Position numbers and translations under genes: made by a program. A DNA stretch of 50,100 bases, filler included, from Sphacelaria rigidula (Eukaryota): NCBI GenBank assembly GCA_964200075.2. It is 3 parts of 3 records of this genome, joined end to end, with 100 filler letters (N's around TTAATTAATTAA, not from the genome) between each part and the next. Parts side by side here need not be neighbours in the genome. Positions count along the whole stretch, not along the records: positions 1 to 16,640 come from CAXNAA020001294.1; positions 16,741 to 33,377 come from CAXNAA020001295.1; 1 more part is not named here. One strand, written 5' to 3'. Positions 12,301-22,175 of the stretch are shown piece after piece. The first letter of the stretch is position 1. Each line of letters opens with the position of its first letter. Below the pieces are notes generated by a model. It saw nothing but the letters and a program-made list of their open reading frames with translations, had not been told where the DNA came from and made no database searches.

Positions 12301-14502
12301 ACCATTCGTACAGACCACTCTGCGTGCAGATCGTGTATAACCACCTTAAAGTAGCCGGATGTGATTTCTGAACACAAAAATATTTTGGCTCCCCCCAATT
12401 CATGTAGGAGTTCCTCAATTATTGGAAGGGGTAACACAGGAATTATCGTACTTTCATCAAGTTTCTTGTAGTTACATGTAATCCGAATGAATCCATCCGC
12501 TTTGTTCACGATCACCAGCGGGCGACTTCAGTCAGAATACGATCTCCTTAGAAGGCCTGGCCAGCATGCGGTCGATTTCCACTTGTACTTTCTTTTGTAC
12601 TGCCGGGCTATGACGATGCGGGCGCTGCTTTACTGGCCTGGTTCCCGGCTACAACTCAATTTTCAACGGGTCCACCGGGCAACACCCTAAATCCATCTTG
12701 TCCTTGGAAAATCGGTGCGAATACTTGGACAAGATTTCACCCAAGTCCTCGATGTCTTCCACTGTCCAATGTGCGCGTTCCAGACCAAACTTTGTTATCC
12801 ACATATGCGTGGGGAGTTTCTCCCACAAATTCTTGGATGCTTCTTGTTGCGCAACGTTCAAGCCCGCCAAGACCGGTGGGTGTTCTAAATCCTGGTCTAC
12901 CGTGGGTACTTCCTCAGGCTTCAGATCAGTTGTTTTCGAGATCTTAACGTCCCCCAAGGAGCATGGTACCAAAGGTGCTCCAGCAAAACCTAGAGGGGTG
13001 TTTGGGGTCAACACCTGTCCCTCTAAACCGGTATAACAGAGGGGAAATACCCGATTCTCCAGCTTCTACAATGATTTCTCATGGAGACCAGTCTGAATCC
13101 AGTGTCACGTGGAACGAGCCACTCTCGATGGGCGTTCCATCCATGTTGAATAATTAAACTGGTACCCAAGATAACGTATAAGGTCGTACCCTATCGATCG
13201 ATCCGTTGTGAACCACTACAATCTGGGCTTCTCCTGATTCCAGTTCAACAAAACCGACTATATTGCGAACGCTTTTCGCAAACAAACGGTCAACAGAGTC
13301 AATGTCATTTTCCTCTAAAGCCGTGATTGTTTCACCTTCTATCGTGGCCGCCCCGATATCAACCATTTTTCCCACACCTGGTACTGAACGAAAGCGGACG
13401 TTGACCGCATCTTGGACGCCGAGCAGACAGTGTCCAGGACGCCAAGCAGACGGTGTCCACCGAAGTGGAGAAGGCGAGAGCGCGTTTGGCTTCATTAGAA
13501 ACCCAGCAACGACACCTCCACCAGTCGGCGGCGGTGGAGGAGGCGGCGGTTCGAGAAGCGCGCAAACAGCGCGAATCGACCCCTGCCGAGTTTCTCACCA
13601 AAGCCGAGGTACTGCCGAAACGACTTGACTCTCTCGGCCTAGAACAACAGCAAAGGGATACCCGTTCCGCCGCTGCGGCTCCCAGGGAACGTGTTGTAGG
13701 TCTGCATATTGAACGCCGCCCGGTTGTACGTACAACTCCGGTGCAGCCGCACCAGTACCCAAGGCAAGATCAGTCGGGTGCCGAGGTTACCTTGGAAGAT
13801 TACCGAATGTTGCGCGGAACGTGCCCTGCGGACATCTCGTTATCCGAATAGCACGGCTACCATAAGTTCCTTTCTCATCTGGGGGCAGCAGGTGCCATGG
13901 CACCATCTTTTTTCTGACGGTCGCGTTTTGTTGGATTTTGCAAGTGCGACTGCCTGTGTACATGATGAAAGCTGGGTCGCTTGGAGTCAGTTATGGACGG
14001 ACTTGCGCAGAAAAGTAGGTCCTGCATGAAATCAGACTAACCTATACCCTCGCACAGATTCATGCTGTCGATATCCACCGCCTATCGTGGATTTCGAAAC
14101 AGGATCTGTTGCCAAAGCACAACTGTAGTGCCACGCATAATGGCATCTCAACTCGCCGCCATTCTCCGGGAGCTCACTTCTAACTGTTAACACGTACTGA
14201 TTATCCTTCACTCGTTGTACTGCACATGTCGCCGCTGCCGAAGCATGTGTACTACCAGTATTCGCTACGATCTTGGTCATGCGTTACGGTATGTATCACT
14301 GGGACGCTCTGCACTTACAGTCAGTCGTGTGGTGCCTACAGGCACCATGTTGTCGTGCTCGTAGTCACTAGGGCCCACCTGCATCGATCAGTGCGACCGT
14401 ATTCAAGTGCTTGCTCTTGAGCCAGGTGGCGTTCGTAACGTCCTTGAACAGCGCGAGCGTCAAACTAATTTCGGGATAACCATCGATAGCAAATGTTTCC
14501 AT
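163..14502 (-). CDS. TPRKB: CGI-121/TPRKB (EKC/KEOPS complex subunit), 5' three exons; gene continues beyond the left edge of the window
   Basis: Exons 14502-14379, 2399-2318 and 241-163 splice in frame (phases 1, 2, 0) to METFAIDGYPEISLTLALFKDVTNATWLKSKHLNTVALIDA-GLVLSVFQLRVAATMAVEKEKSGKMKTR-SLPSELVWSLSGSKNMSGTFQTFCVQ. This matches the CGI-121 pattern LFxxVxN...ALIDA...SxFQLxxA...GKMKTRxLxSELVxxLSxSxNI. All acceptors are CAG; donors are GT, GC, GC. Confidence 0.88.
1186..1485. mobile_element. ~300-bp non-autonomous TIR element (MITE family A)
   Basis: Termini AACAAtGTTTTCGTGAGA ... TCTCAtaAAAACGTTGTT; homologous copies at 15377-15676, 24118-24878 and 48418-48712. Confidence 0.75.
1535..1576. 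repeat. (CAG)n(CAA)n microsatellite, intronic
   Basis: Direct reading. Confidence 0.95.
2040..2207 (+). repeat. Dispersed repeat ending in telomere-like (TTAGGG/TTGGGG)n
   Basis: ...CCCTTGCCCGAGGGTTCTCGGTATGCCTTGGGTTGGGGTTGGGGTTAGGGTTAGGG...; homologous copy at ~37485-37627. Confidence 0.7.
2318..2399 (-). CDS. TPRKB: TPRKB exon 2
   Basis: Acceptor CTCGCAG|, encodes GLVLSVFQLRVAATMAVEKEKSGKMKTR, donor AG|GCAAGT (GC type). Not in the ORF track. Confidence 0.85.
3332..3376. repeat. (CAA)n microsatellite
   Basis: Direct reading. Confidence 0.95.
4319..4781. mobile_element. Foldback/palindromic element (~460-bp imperfect inverted repeat)
   Basis: ACTTCTTgTGcATgAAAA...TTTTTGACCCTTCTC mirrored by GAGAAGGGTCAAAAA...TTTTATaCAtAAGAAGT; centre near 4545. 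Confidence 0.8.
6778..7152 (-). mobile_element. Candidate PPT and 3' LTR start of the Gypsy element, with a 183-bp tandem duplication
   Basis: The minus strand reads CAGGGGGGA (PPT-like), then TGTGTGTTCAAAATC from 7143. Unit 7143-6961 ends in ...GGACTGCA and is repeated at 6960-6778 with about 15 mismatches by eye. The true LTR end is uncertain (AATAAA ~6720; CA ends at ~6704 and ~6191). Confidence 0.6.
7757..7863 (+). tRNA. tRNA-like cloverleaf (pseudo-tRNA) with 4x11-nt repeat in the anticodon arm; isotype not assignable
   Basis: Acceptor stem ACCGACG/CGTCGGT; D-arm GCTT-AACTGGCAA-GAGC; anticodon stem CTTTG/CAGAG; variable loop AGAGT; T-arm AAGGG-TTCAAAT-CCCTT. It is 74 nt when (TTGCGTTTCGC)x4 is collapsed to one copy. 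Confidence 0.7.
8300..13385 (-). mobile_element. Degenerate Ty3/Gypsy (chromovirus-like) LTR retrotransposon pol: RT - RNase H - integrase - chromodomain
   Basis: RT: VNKADGFIRITCNYKKLDESTIIPVLPLPIIEELLHELGGAKIF, GLYEWLAMPVGCSESPSWFQ (~12700-12000). RNase H: LGYYRQFIP...LTKDASL...NWSVSELEAAAIMW...IYIDHQP (11975-11400). Integrase: PGQTVSFDLSGPL, TYILLMVDLF, WTGPYKIL (~10550-9100). Chromodomain: KIVSHR...VQYLIYWENLENPRWE (~8880-8770). Many stops and frameshifts. Confidence 0.92.
9891..10250 (-). mobile_element. tRNA-derived SINE inserted in the Gypsy integrase
   Basis: Minus-strand head GGTCGCCCCGGTGGGTCAGTTGG (A box) ... GGTTCGAATC (B box), ~350-bp body, CA-rich tail; several copies in the window. 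Confidence 0.85.
13390..13900 (+). pseudogene. Possible gag-like coiled-coil fragment in opposite orientation to pol
   Basis: Coding-like helical ORF (STEVEKARARLASLETQQRHLHQSAAVEEAAVREARKQRE...) abutting the truncated 5' end of pol; no diagnostic motif. Confidence 0.3.
14379..14502 (-). CDS. TPRKB: TPRKB exon 1
   Basis: ATG at 14502; 41 codons + 1 nt; donor GCAG|GTGGG. Confidence 0.85.
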
Positions 14503-15010
14503 CAAATCCACGGTGCTGGGTCGGCCTTGTATTGTCGGGCGTACGTCCCCAACGCCTACCCCTAGCTGTCGTTTCTTGTTGCAGGCTGCTTCTCGCCAGC
14601 CCAACATGCGGCGGAACTGATTGAAACGTCTGTATTTTGACGAAGCCATACGAACAATTTGACGAACCGGCACAGCGGTGTATCTTCCTTGGACTCTGCT
14701 GCCATACCCCATGTCCCCTCGCATTGTCTGCTAGCTTGTTGGTTGCTTCATTGTTTTTGGTCCGTCCCGTTGCCGTTTATTGGCCTGCCCACTTTACTCT
14801 GTCATGCAGGGTACTCAGGCCAGTCAGTCCAACAGATTGTGATGCGCCAGTGTTGACAAGTGAAAAGCGCCAGCCTTGAGCTCAACACTACGTGCTCCGG
14901 TGATAAGTCCCGTAGGGGAATAGGAGCACGCCTTTTCGTCAAGGCCACCAACGGTCGAGTCGGTCATTTGCAGCGGCAGTATAACAACCTGCAGCACACG
15001 CTTTGGTATC

Positions 15011-15145
15011 ATGGCAGATGAGCAACCGGCCCTCATGAACAGGGAGGTTCGGGATGTAAAAAATGTTCCGCGTGCAGAGGAGCTGGTGAAGAATAACGTG
15101 GGGTCAACGGTTAGAGATAACTCAAGATTCAACGTCGTCACGCAG
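15011..15145 (+). CDS. Candidate first coding exon of an unknown gene divergent from TPRKB
   Basis: ATCATGG start, MADEQPALMNREVRDVKNVPRAEELVKNNVGSTVRDNSRFNVVTQ, donor CAG|GTGGGA; downstream exons not securely identified. Confidence 0.35.
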
Positions 15146-15376
15146 GTGGGAAGGGGCATGCATGACACGTACCACGAGTATGATATCGTTTACGTGTTTA
15201 CATCGTACCTCTTGGTGTGGAGGTATTGTCATTTTGTCCGCGAAAGAGTGGACGGTGAAGGATTTGCATAAAAAACAACCGTCGACAACGGACGAGTATC
15301 TATAATAATAGTAGCATTCATGCAAAAGGGTCCCTCTCGGACGGTTGATGTATATACAAATACTATTATTGCAGTT

Positions 15377-15676
15377 AACAACATTTTCGTGAGATCGGGA
15401 GTAGAGGATACACGAATGAGAGTGAAAAGCGGTCAATTAGTATATGAATCGTTTCAGTTCCGAAAAGTCCCTCCACGAGGCCCAGTATGCTTTCTGTAGT
15501 AACTGACCACTGAGGCCCTTGATATCCCTGAGCAGGATATCGACGTGTAGCTGTAAGCACACGCCAGTGATGGAGGGAGAGAAAAACACGCACAAATGAA
15601 CGATGGCTACGTTAAGGAGAACGATCAAAACCGCTCTCAATCAGCGCTCTACTCTCAATCTCACGAAAACGCTGTT
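15377..15676. mobile_element. MITE family A copy
   Basis: Colinear similarity to 1186-1485; TIR TTTTCGTGAGAT/ATCTCACGAAAA. Confidence 0.8.
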
Positions 15677-15714
15677 AGTTGTACTACGACACCCCGTTGA
15701 AGAATGCAAGGTTG

Positions 15715-16200
15715 CGTTCTGTAGGGTACGGGTTTCTGTATACCCGGGGTATTTTGCCGGGTATTTACTGTACCCGACAGTTCTGTAACTTCTGTAAGAC
15801 TTTCATAGCGGTACCTGATAGTTCTGTCAACTCTTTGAGACTTTCATACCCTTACCGGATGGTTCTGTAATCTCTGTAAGACTCCCAAATCGTTAACGGG
15901 GGGCACGGGTACGCTCTTGATAAGATACCCGATTGCGGGCACGGGTTTCCATGCGACCCACATACCCGACAGTTTCTGTGAGTTCTGTAAGCCTCCCATA
16001 CCCTTTCCCGACAGGTCTGTGAGTTCTGTAAGACTTTCATCCAGTACTGGTACCCGACAGTTCTGTGAGCTCTGTAAACCTCCTACATCTCTACCGGGGG
16101 TTAGGGTATACCGCTACAGATATACCCGATCGCAGGTATGAGCACAGGTGTATACCTTGGGGAGGCACGGATATAGATAGGTTCAATCCAAACACAACCT
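15715..16200. repeat. Dispersed repeat built from TACCCGACAGTTCTGTGAGTTCTGTAAGAC-like subunits
   Basis: Multiple internal subunits; related copy at ~20830-21160 ending in the same AACACAACC motif. Confidence 0.75.
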
Positions 16201-16264
16201 CTTGACCTGAACATGTACCTCCGATCGATCAACCCACCCAACTCCTTCATTCAAAACTGCACAC

Positions 16265-16367
16265 TGTGACGGTTTAAGAGACTATCAACTACACTACTGA
16301 TCAGTCAGCGCGTGGGCGACGCGCTGACTGATCAGTAGTGTAGTTGATAGTCTCTTAAACCGTCACA
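16265..16367. mobile_element. Near-perfect 103-bp hairpin element with TGT...ACA ends
   Basis: TGTGACGGTTTAAGAGACTATCAACTACACTACTGATCAGTCAGCGCGT-GGGCG-reverse complement; second copy at 24591-24665. Confidence 0.85.
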
Positions 16368-16640
16368 AAAGTTAGTCGTGGGTTCAATTCCTGTCACTTT
16401 CACTCCGAGGAGGGCGACTCCCCTTGCCAGCGCTCTATCGACCGCCATCATGAGTCTGTAGTGGTGTCTCTTCTCACCGTAACCTTGAGTTTCTCGTCGC
16501 TCCCACTCATTTCCAGAGTTTGTGCTCTGGGGACCCTGGCAGTCAACTCCAAACATAGCCACCAGGCTATATCCCACCCTTTTTTCTTTTTGGGCCAATT
16601 TTTTACTGAGGTTTTCTCTCCTTGGGGCCAATCTTTTACC

Positions 16641-16740
16641 NNNNNNNNNNNNNNNNNNNNNNNNNNNNNNNNNNNNNNNNNNNNTTAATTAATTAANNNN
16701 NNNNNNNNNNNNNNNNNNNNNNNNNNNNNNNNNNNNNNNN
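16641..16740. other. Assembly gap with TTAATTAATTAA linker
   Basis: 100-nt N run with central linker, identical in design to 33378-33477. Confidence 0.97.
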
Positions 16741-17179
16741 CAGACGCCAGACACGTCATTCCTGACCAGCCTCATTGGTCGTTCTGGAGGCCCGGTCCCA
16801 AAAGGGTTAATTCGTTATCTATCTCGAGATATGGCGCACATAAATTTCCACACTAAAATCAGTATATTACGAGCAGAGGCACTAGATGACCTAAATCTGG
16901 ATATCGCGTCTCCGTTTTTGAGAGTTGTGATATGAAATTTGGTATGGAGAACCGCTAGTGCATACTGGAATAAAAAACACAGATTTTTATTTTATTTTAT
17001 TTTCATCTTCTTTCGTGTTTAGGGGGGAGTTTTGAGGGGAAATAAACATTGCTCTTGGGCCTTATCTCAATTCTTCAGCTCAATTTTTAGAATTGTGATT
17101 TGAAACTTGGCATGGAGAACGACAGAGGTATGCCGAGTAAAAAAAAAAATGAGCCTTCATTTATTTTTTTATTTTTTAA

Positions 17180-17277
17180 CCCTTAGACCGCGAGATTAGT
17201 CTTCTGTTGAATCGGCATCAACTTCAAGTGAAACAAAGTATTCATGATCCAGCAAGACTAATCTCGCGGTCTAACGG
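17180..17277. mobile_element. piggyBac-type MITE
   Basis: TTAA|CCcTTAGACCGCGAGATTAGTCTT...AAGACTAATCTCGCGGTCTAAcGG|TTAA: TTAA TSD with CC...GG termini. Confidence 0.75.
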
Positions 17278-17639
17278 TTAAGAGAGGTTCGGGCGTTCTC
17301 GTAAAAAAATGGTCGCTACCATACTTGAACGCCCTCAATCAGTGGAAAGTAAAGCAAAAAACCAACCTCGCCTATTGTTCTTGGTTCATCATGACCTAGC
17401 GAGGTCCTGCACAAAGTTTCAACCCACAAACACCAAACGTGGGCCGATAAACGGCCTGCAAAATACTGTTCCGAAGTTTCGCCGGCCCGGTTTTTCAAAG
17501 GTAGATTCGATTTTTTTTTCTTGGAGTTGGAGAGTGAAATTTGGTATGGACAATCAACAGGGCATAAAGAAAAGCTGTCTGTGAGGTCCCGATTTTTTTT
17601 TTTCATGAGTCAAGGGTAAAAATCAGTTTCGGGGTTTTA

Positions 17640-18218
17640 GTAGGCGAGGAAGACAACGGGCAGATATATGGGGGGTTGAGAGAGGGGATAGGGATGGAAA
17701 CATGTCTGCATGCCCCAATGGACGCGACGAAAAATATGAAATTGCGATTTCGGGTGGGGGACCTGGACTTGCCAGAAAGAAGAAAGAAATATATCAGTGG
17801 TCGAGAGGAGGAGGAAGTACATGCACAGATTTGCAACTGTGGCAAAGCAATAGAGAGCAGAAGTCATATAGTAGCAGAATGTGAACTATGCAAGGAGCAA
17901 CGGGACGTTCTAGAGGGGGAAATGCGGGACGAGAACGAAGATGGCATGAAATCGTTTGGTGCATTAGACAGTACGAAGAAAACGATGGCCATACTAGGAG
18001 ATAGATGGTACCAGTGACGGCGAAACAGACGGGGATGAGATACGTAAAAGGTTTTTGTGTGATGTATGGAAGGAATGTAATGAGCACCTAAATGTTGGAG
18101 GTGTCTCTTGTGGGAGTAGGAACGGTGTTCCGTCTCGAAAGGGATGCGCGGTCAATGGTCAAACGACCAAGGCAAGCAACGAATGAGGACGCCTCCCTCC
18201 CCCAACATCCCCCCAACC
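17640..18218 (+). mobile_element. 5'-truncated LINE 3' end (C-terminal Cys/His zinc-knuckle region) with C-rich tail
   Basis: KLRFRVGDLDLPERR...CNCGKAIESRSHIVAECELC...MAILGDRW, resembling the CxC..E..H...C motif at the end of LINE ORF2; copies at 31970-32300, 43622-43950 and 37935-38010. Confidence 0.7.
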
Positions 18219-19563
18219 CACTCGTACTATATCTGGTGCTTATAGGCCTTGTTCGTGTTCACAGCGGTTTTTCTTCCTTAGCAATCCATTCAGAGTTGGA
18301 GGAGGGGCGACCTTGTGCACACCAGAAAACCCGCCCATCTGTGCTGTCGTTGCCCCTATGTCGATGTTTTTTCCCTTAACCATCTGACGCATGATCATCG
18401 GATATCTTGAAAATTTGAACAGATTCGCCCCAACCGAGGATATCGTGCTCAGCTTATGAACGCCGTGCTTATTATAGTTCAATCAGGAATAGTGAACTCG
18501 AGAGGTTGATGCATGTTGTTGGCTTGGGGTACGTGTCACGTCTCCGCATGTGTTGCTCTGGGGTCGCTGCGTATGGTCCTCTCCGAGATATTTTTTCTCG
18601 GACAACTCGAACACCGGTTTTCGAAAGTCTAAAAACCCTTGGAACGAACCAGGAACACACAAAGACAAAGAAACAGGATCGATCATCTTTTTTTTCCTCT
18701 CTCGGGGGGGTGGGGGGGGGGGGGGGGGGGGGTATCGCAGGGATGAATCATATGGCACCGAGTTCATGGGTACGGGTTGTTATGAAATAATTAGACTGAC
18801 ATCAGCGTTTTTTCGTTGTTTTCCATGATCCCTCTCGCATTTTCGCTGGATACACGTGCCCTTCTCAATTACTATCTACCGCAGAGAGGTCAACATGAGA
18901 GCCCTGTTTGGTTATTTGTTGTCCGGGCTTGGTCCGGGCTTTATTTACCTCCGTTGGCTTGTTCCATCCCGGGACAGTAGCAGGAGAGCTGGAAAAACCA
19001 TGTACAGTCAGGATCGATAATATCTTTCATAAGCACCATGTCAGGAAGCAAACGAAGCGCACTGTAAACCTCAAGGAAAGGGAGCGACGTTCTTGCATAC
19101 CGAATCGCATACCCAAGAGAAACACATCATTACGTTAGCTGTCCGATGTTCCGTGTGTAGAGTGGTTGCTTGTCTCCAGCGTTGAACCTCAATACCATTC
19201 AGTCGCGATACCGACTGTGTCTGTATCGCACGGAGGTTCGCCAGCGTTGGCCAGCCAGGTGACACACCGTATTTTTGATGTCTGTACGGCACCGATCAAC
19301 GCGAGCCCTCCAGAAGAACAGCACGACAGCCTACAAAAGGGAGCCTGCAGCATGGATGTGTTGATGCGCGTACGGTCCTTTTCGTTATGTTCCGCCCGAG
19401 CAGCAGGAAACAATACACGACGATGGAGCTATCTCGAGTCATGTCCCGAATCCAAGGCTGTGCAGGATTCAGCAGCAAGCCAAGCGCAAATGGAGACTGC
19501 AACCATACCGCGGGCACGGCCACAGCCAAAGCCAAGATTGGGTACACTATCCCGTATACCAAT

Positions 19564-19733
19564 CACACCTTGGACAACATATGGTCAATGGTTGCAATAG
19601 ACAAGAAACGTACTGCATAGAGTATAGGCCTATTGCGACTATTGTCGACCGGCAATAGTTGCAATAGGCCTATACTTTATGCAGTGCACTTCTCGTCTTT
19701 TGCATCTATTGACCATCTATTGTCCGAGGTGTG
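19564..19733. mobile_element. Hairpin MITE family B (CACACCTTGGACAA...TTGTCCgAGGTGTG)
   Basis: Full-length imperfect palindrome; related copies at ~25093-25233, 28972-29080 and 41618-41750. Confidence 0.75.
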
Positions 19734-19734
19734 G

Positions 19735-19915
19735 TATATTTTGGCGCACCAGCCGGGGTCACGCGGGAGGAAGGCCGACGCAGGAGCTTTTTCTTTTTTG
19801 TTTCTTTGAGGCCTCCACCTTCCTTCTGCGGTGCTTCCCTTTATTTTTGTCCCGAGAGGGGTGCAGCGGTTCCTTTTTCCCTCGTCGACCATGAAGTCTA
19901 ATTTTACTTCTCTGC
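19735..19915 (-). mobile_element. SINE body fragment
   Basis: CGCACCAGCCGGGGTCAC...CCCTCGTCGACCAT matches the SINE at 9891-10250. Confidence 0.7.
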
Positions 19916-20829
19916 AAAAATGTGCGAGGATACTCTTGTAGAAGAGCGACAAAAACTAGTATGTCTGCCGATGTTGGGCGAGGAGCCAACGTTGCCTATG
20001 GTGAAGCAAGACTTGGCGGCTCGTGCTTGGTGCGAACGTGCGAGCTGCAAATATTAGCAACGAAAGGCGTAGAAGCATCGGTCATCACCGTAAATACAAA
20101 TAACTTCCCGTGAGTGGGGATTCGGTTGATGTGACAAAAAAAAAGTCGATAACGTGTACTTGACTTATCGGGGGTGTACTCATGATCTTGCATATGCCGT
20201 AGTCATATATGTATATATATATATCTATATGTGATCACTGACCTCGCACCTTTACGAAGCCGGGACGGAGCACGCCGGGTTTTCGCCGAACTAGGCTCGC
20301 AATCAATCACCAAGCGCGAGGGGGAGCACTGTGATGTGTTCGGCGAGTCGCGTTGAGCGTGCGCTTTATCCTGCTAAGATTGTTCCGCTCGAAGCGTGCT
20401 GATTATCTTGCATTTGGATAACCGCCTCCAATGAGTTGCTTCGTTTTCTAGTATCGCTACTTCCAGAGACAGCCACGGGTTCCATACTTCCTCATGGATG
20501 TCTCATCATTTACATACTACCTAGTATGATCATCCCCTTCGCGCGGAGGTGAGGTTTTCCCTCTCCGCACAGCATGATCTAGCTCGACCACTATCATGGT
20601 TACTGCAAAAAAAAAACGCAAGCGCGCGCAAAAAAAGAACGGTAACCTGGTTGCCTAGCTTACCCAGCGAGTGGCATGTTTTTACAGCGTCATTGTCAAC
20701 CGACGCCAACCCCACAAGGGGTCCGCCCCTACGAAGCCGGGACTGAGCACGCCGGATTTCCGCTAGACCAGGCTGACGCTTGACTTATGGCGGGGGGGAG
20801 AGGGCATTCCAAGGTTGTGTTATGTGGGG

Positions 20830-21160
20830 TACGATTTTTTTGTATAGCCTGTGGTATTTTCCTCGGGTTTTGCTCGTACCCCACATTTCTATGAGTTCTG
20901 TATGTCTCTCATACTGGTACCCGACTGCTCTGTAAAATATTTTCATAATTTTTACTCGTACCCGGGGTACGGGTATATAGACCCTTGTAGAAGTACCCGG
21001 TTGCGGGTAAGGGTTGCTGTTCCACCTCTATCACGTGACCCGACACGTTCTGCAAGTGCTGTAGGACTCTCACACCAGTACCGATTGTTCTGTAGGTTCT
21101 GTGTGAAATCTCACACCCTGACGAACGTACCCGTACCCTAACGAACACAACCTTGGAATA
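20830..21160. repeat. Second copy of the GTTCTGT/TACCCG subunit repeat
   Basis: Similar to 15715-16200. Confidence 0.65.
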
Positions 21161-21766
21161 TTCCACGAGTGGCTCTACAGTAGGGGTGCTCGTTTTTTTT
21201 CTGAGGCTATGCATTGTCGGACCCTATGGATAACAAACATCTAGACCTCAATGTGCAGCCTCAGAAAACTTTTGGACTGAACAGTGCATCCCTGCCGTAG
21301 CATCCAAGTGGACTTGAAAGTTTCCTTCTTCTGCCTTCCCTCCTGCTTCCCGGAATTATGGTCATACTCTTACATTGCGGAGGAGTATTGATACAGTGTT
21401 TCCTTTTTATATACCTTGGGTAGTGTGACCACGGCTTGATCTGTCGGGGATCAGTTTTAGGTGCGACAATTAATCAATCTTGTGGCGGCGATTGTTACGT
21501 GTACGACATGGAATAAATCAAATGGATCAAAGTAAACTAATGAATCGAAAGCAATTGAAATCAAGTCTTGTTACGATGTTGTTTTTCACCTGGGAATAAA
21601 TGGAACATTTTTTTCTTCATTTATTCTCCTATTGTTTTTGCACTCTTGTTTTCATACTTCCGCCAATATCGCGATTCGTATTTCACGATTCGTATTTTCA
21701 AACCCTTTTGGCACTGGCAATGGAGAATTGTGGTTCTCGAGGTGCTGTCTTTTAAAGGACATAAAA

Positions 21767-22175
21767 CAGCCGATCATCGAAATCGAGGATGGAGCCTTTC
21801 ATTAAGGATGATGACCCGGAAAAGTAAAATCTTCGCATCTACACCAATTCTTCGGGATACGATTCCTTTCCTTCTTCTACTGGTAGCTATTGACAACTAC
21901 TAGACGCCACGCAAATTTGGATTCCGATAGCCGAAATTTGAGGGTCCTAGGTGAAAAATAAAATTTTGTGGCTAAATTCCCAATAACTGTTTTGTCACCT
22001 AGGTCCACTAAATTTTCGTCATCCGAATCCAATGCATAATAGTAGTTGTCAGTAGCTACCAGCAGGTCAAGAAATGGAACCATACTTTGAAGAAATGGTG
22101 TGGGTGCGAATATTTTAATTTCCCGGGCTATCATCGTCAATGAAAAGCGCCATCCTCAATTTCGATGATCGGCTG
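21767..22175. mobile_element. Foldback MITE family C (CAGCCGATCATCGAAAT...ATTTCGATGATCGGCTG)
   Basis: ~410-bp imperfect palindrome; copies at 32322-32760, partial at 33478-33546, and core within 26750-27175. Confidence 0.85.

Noticed and set aside
16641-16740. TTAATTAATTAA palindrome within N runs (also 33378-33477)
   Set aside because: Artificial scaffolding linker, identical in both gaps; adjacency across the gaps is therefore unproven
17676-18017. Host 'conserved unknown protein' gene
   Set aside because: Multiple truncated copies in introns on both strands indicate a retroelement 3' end
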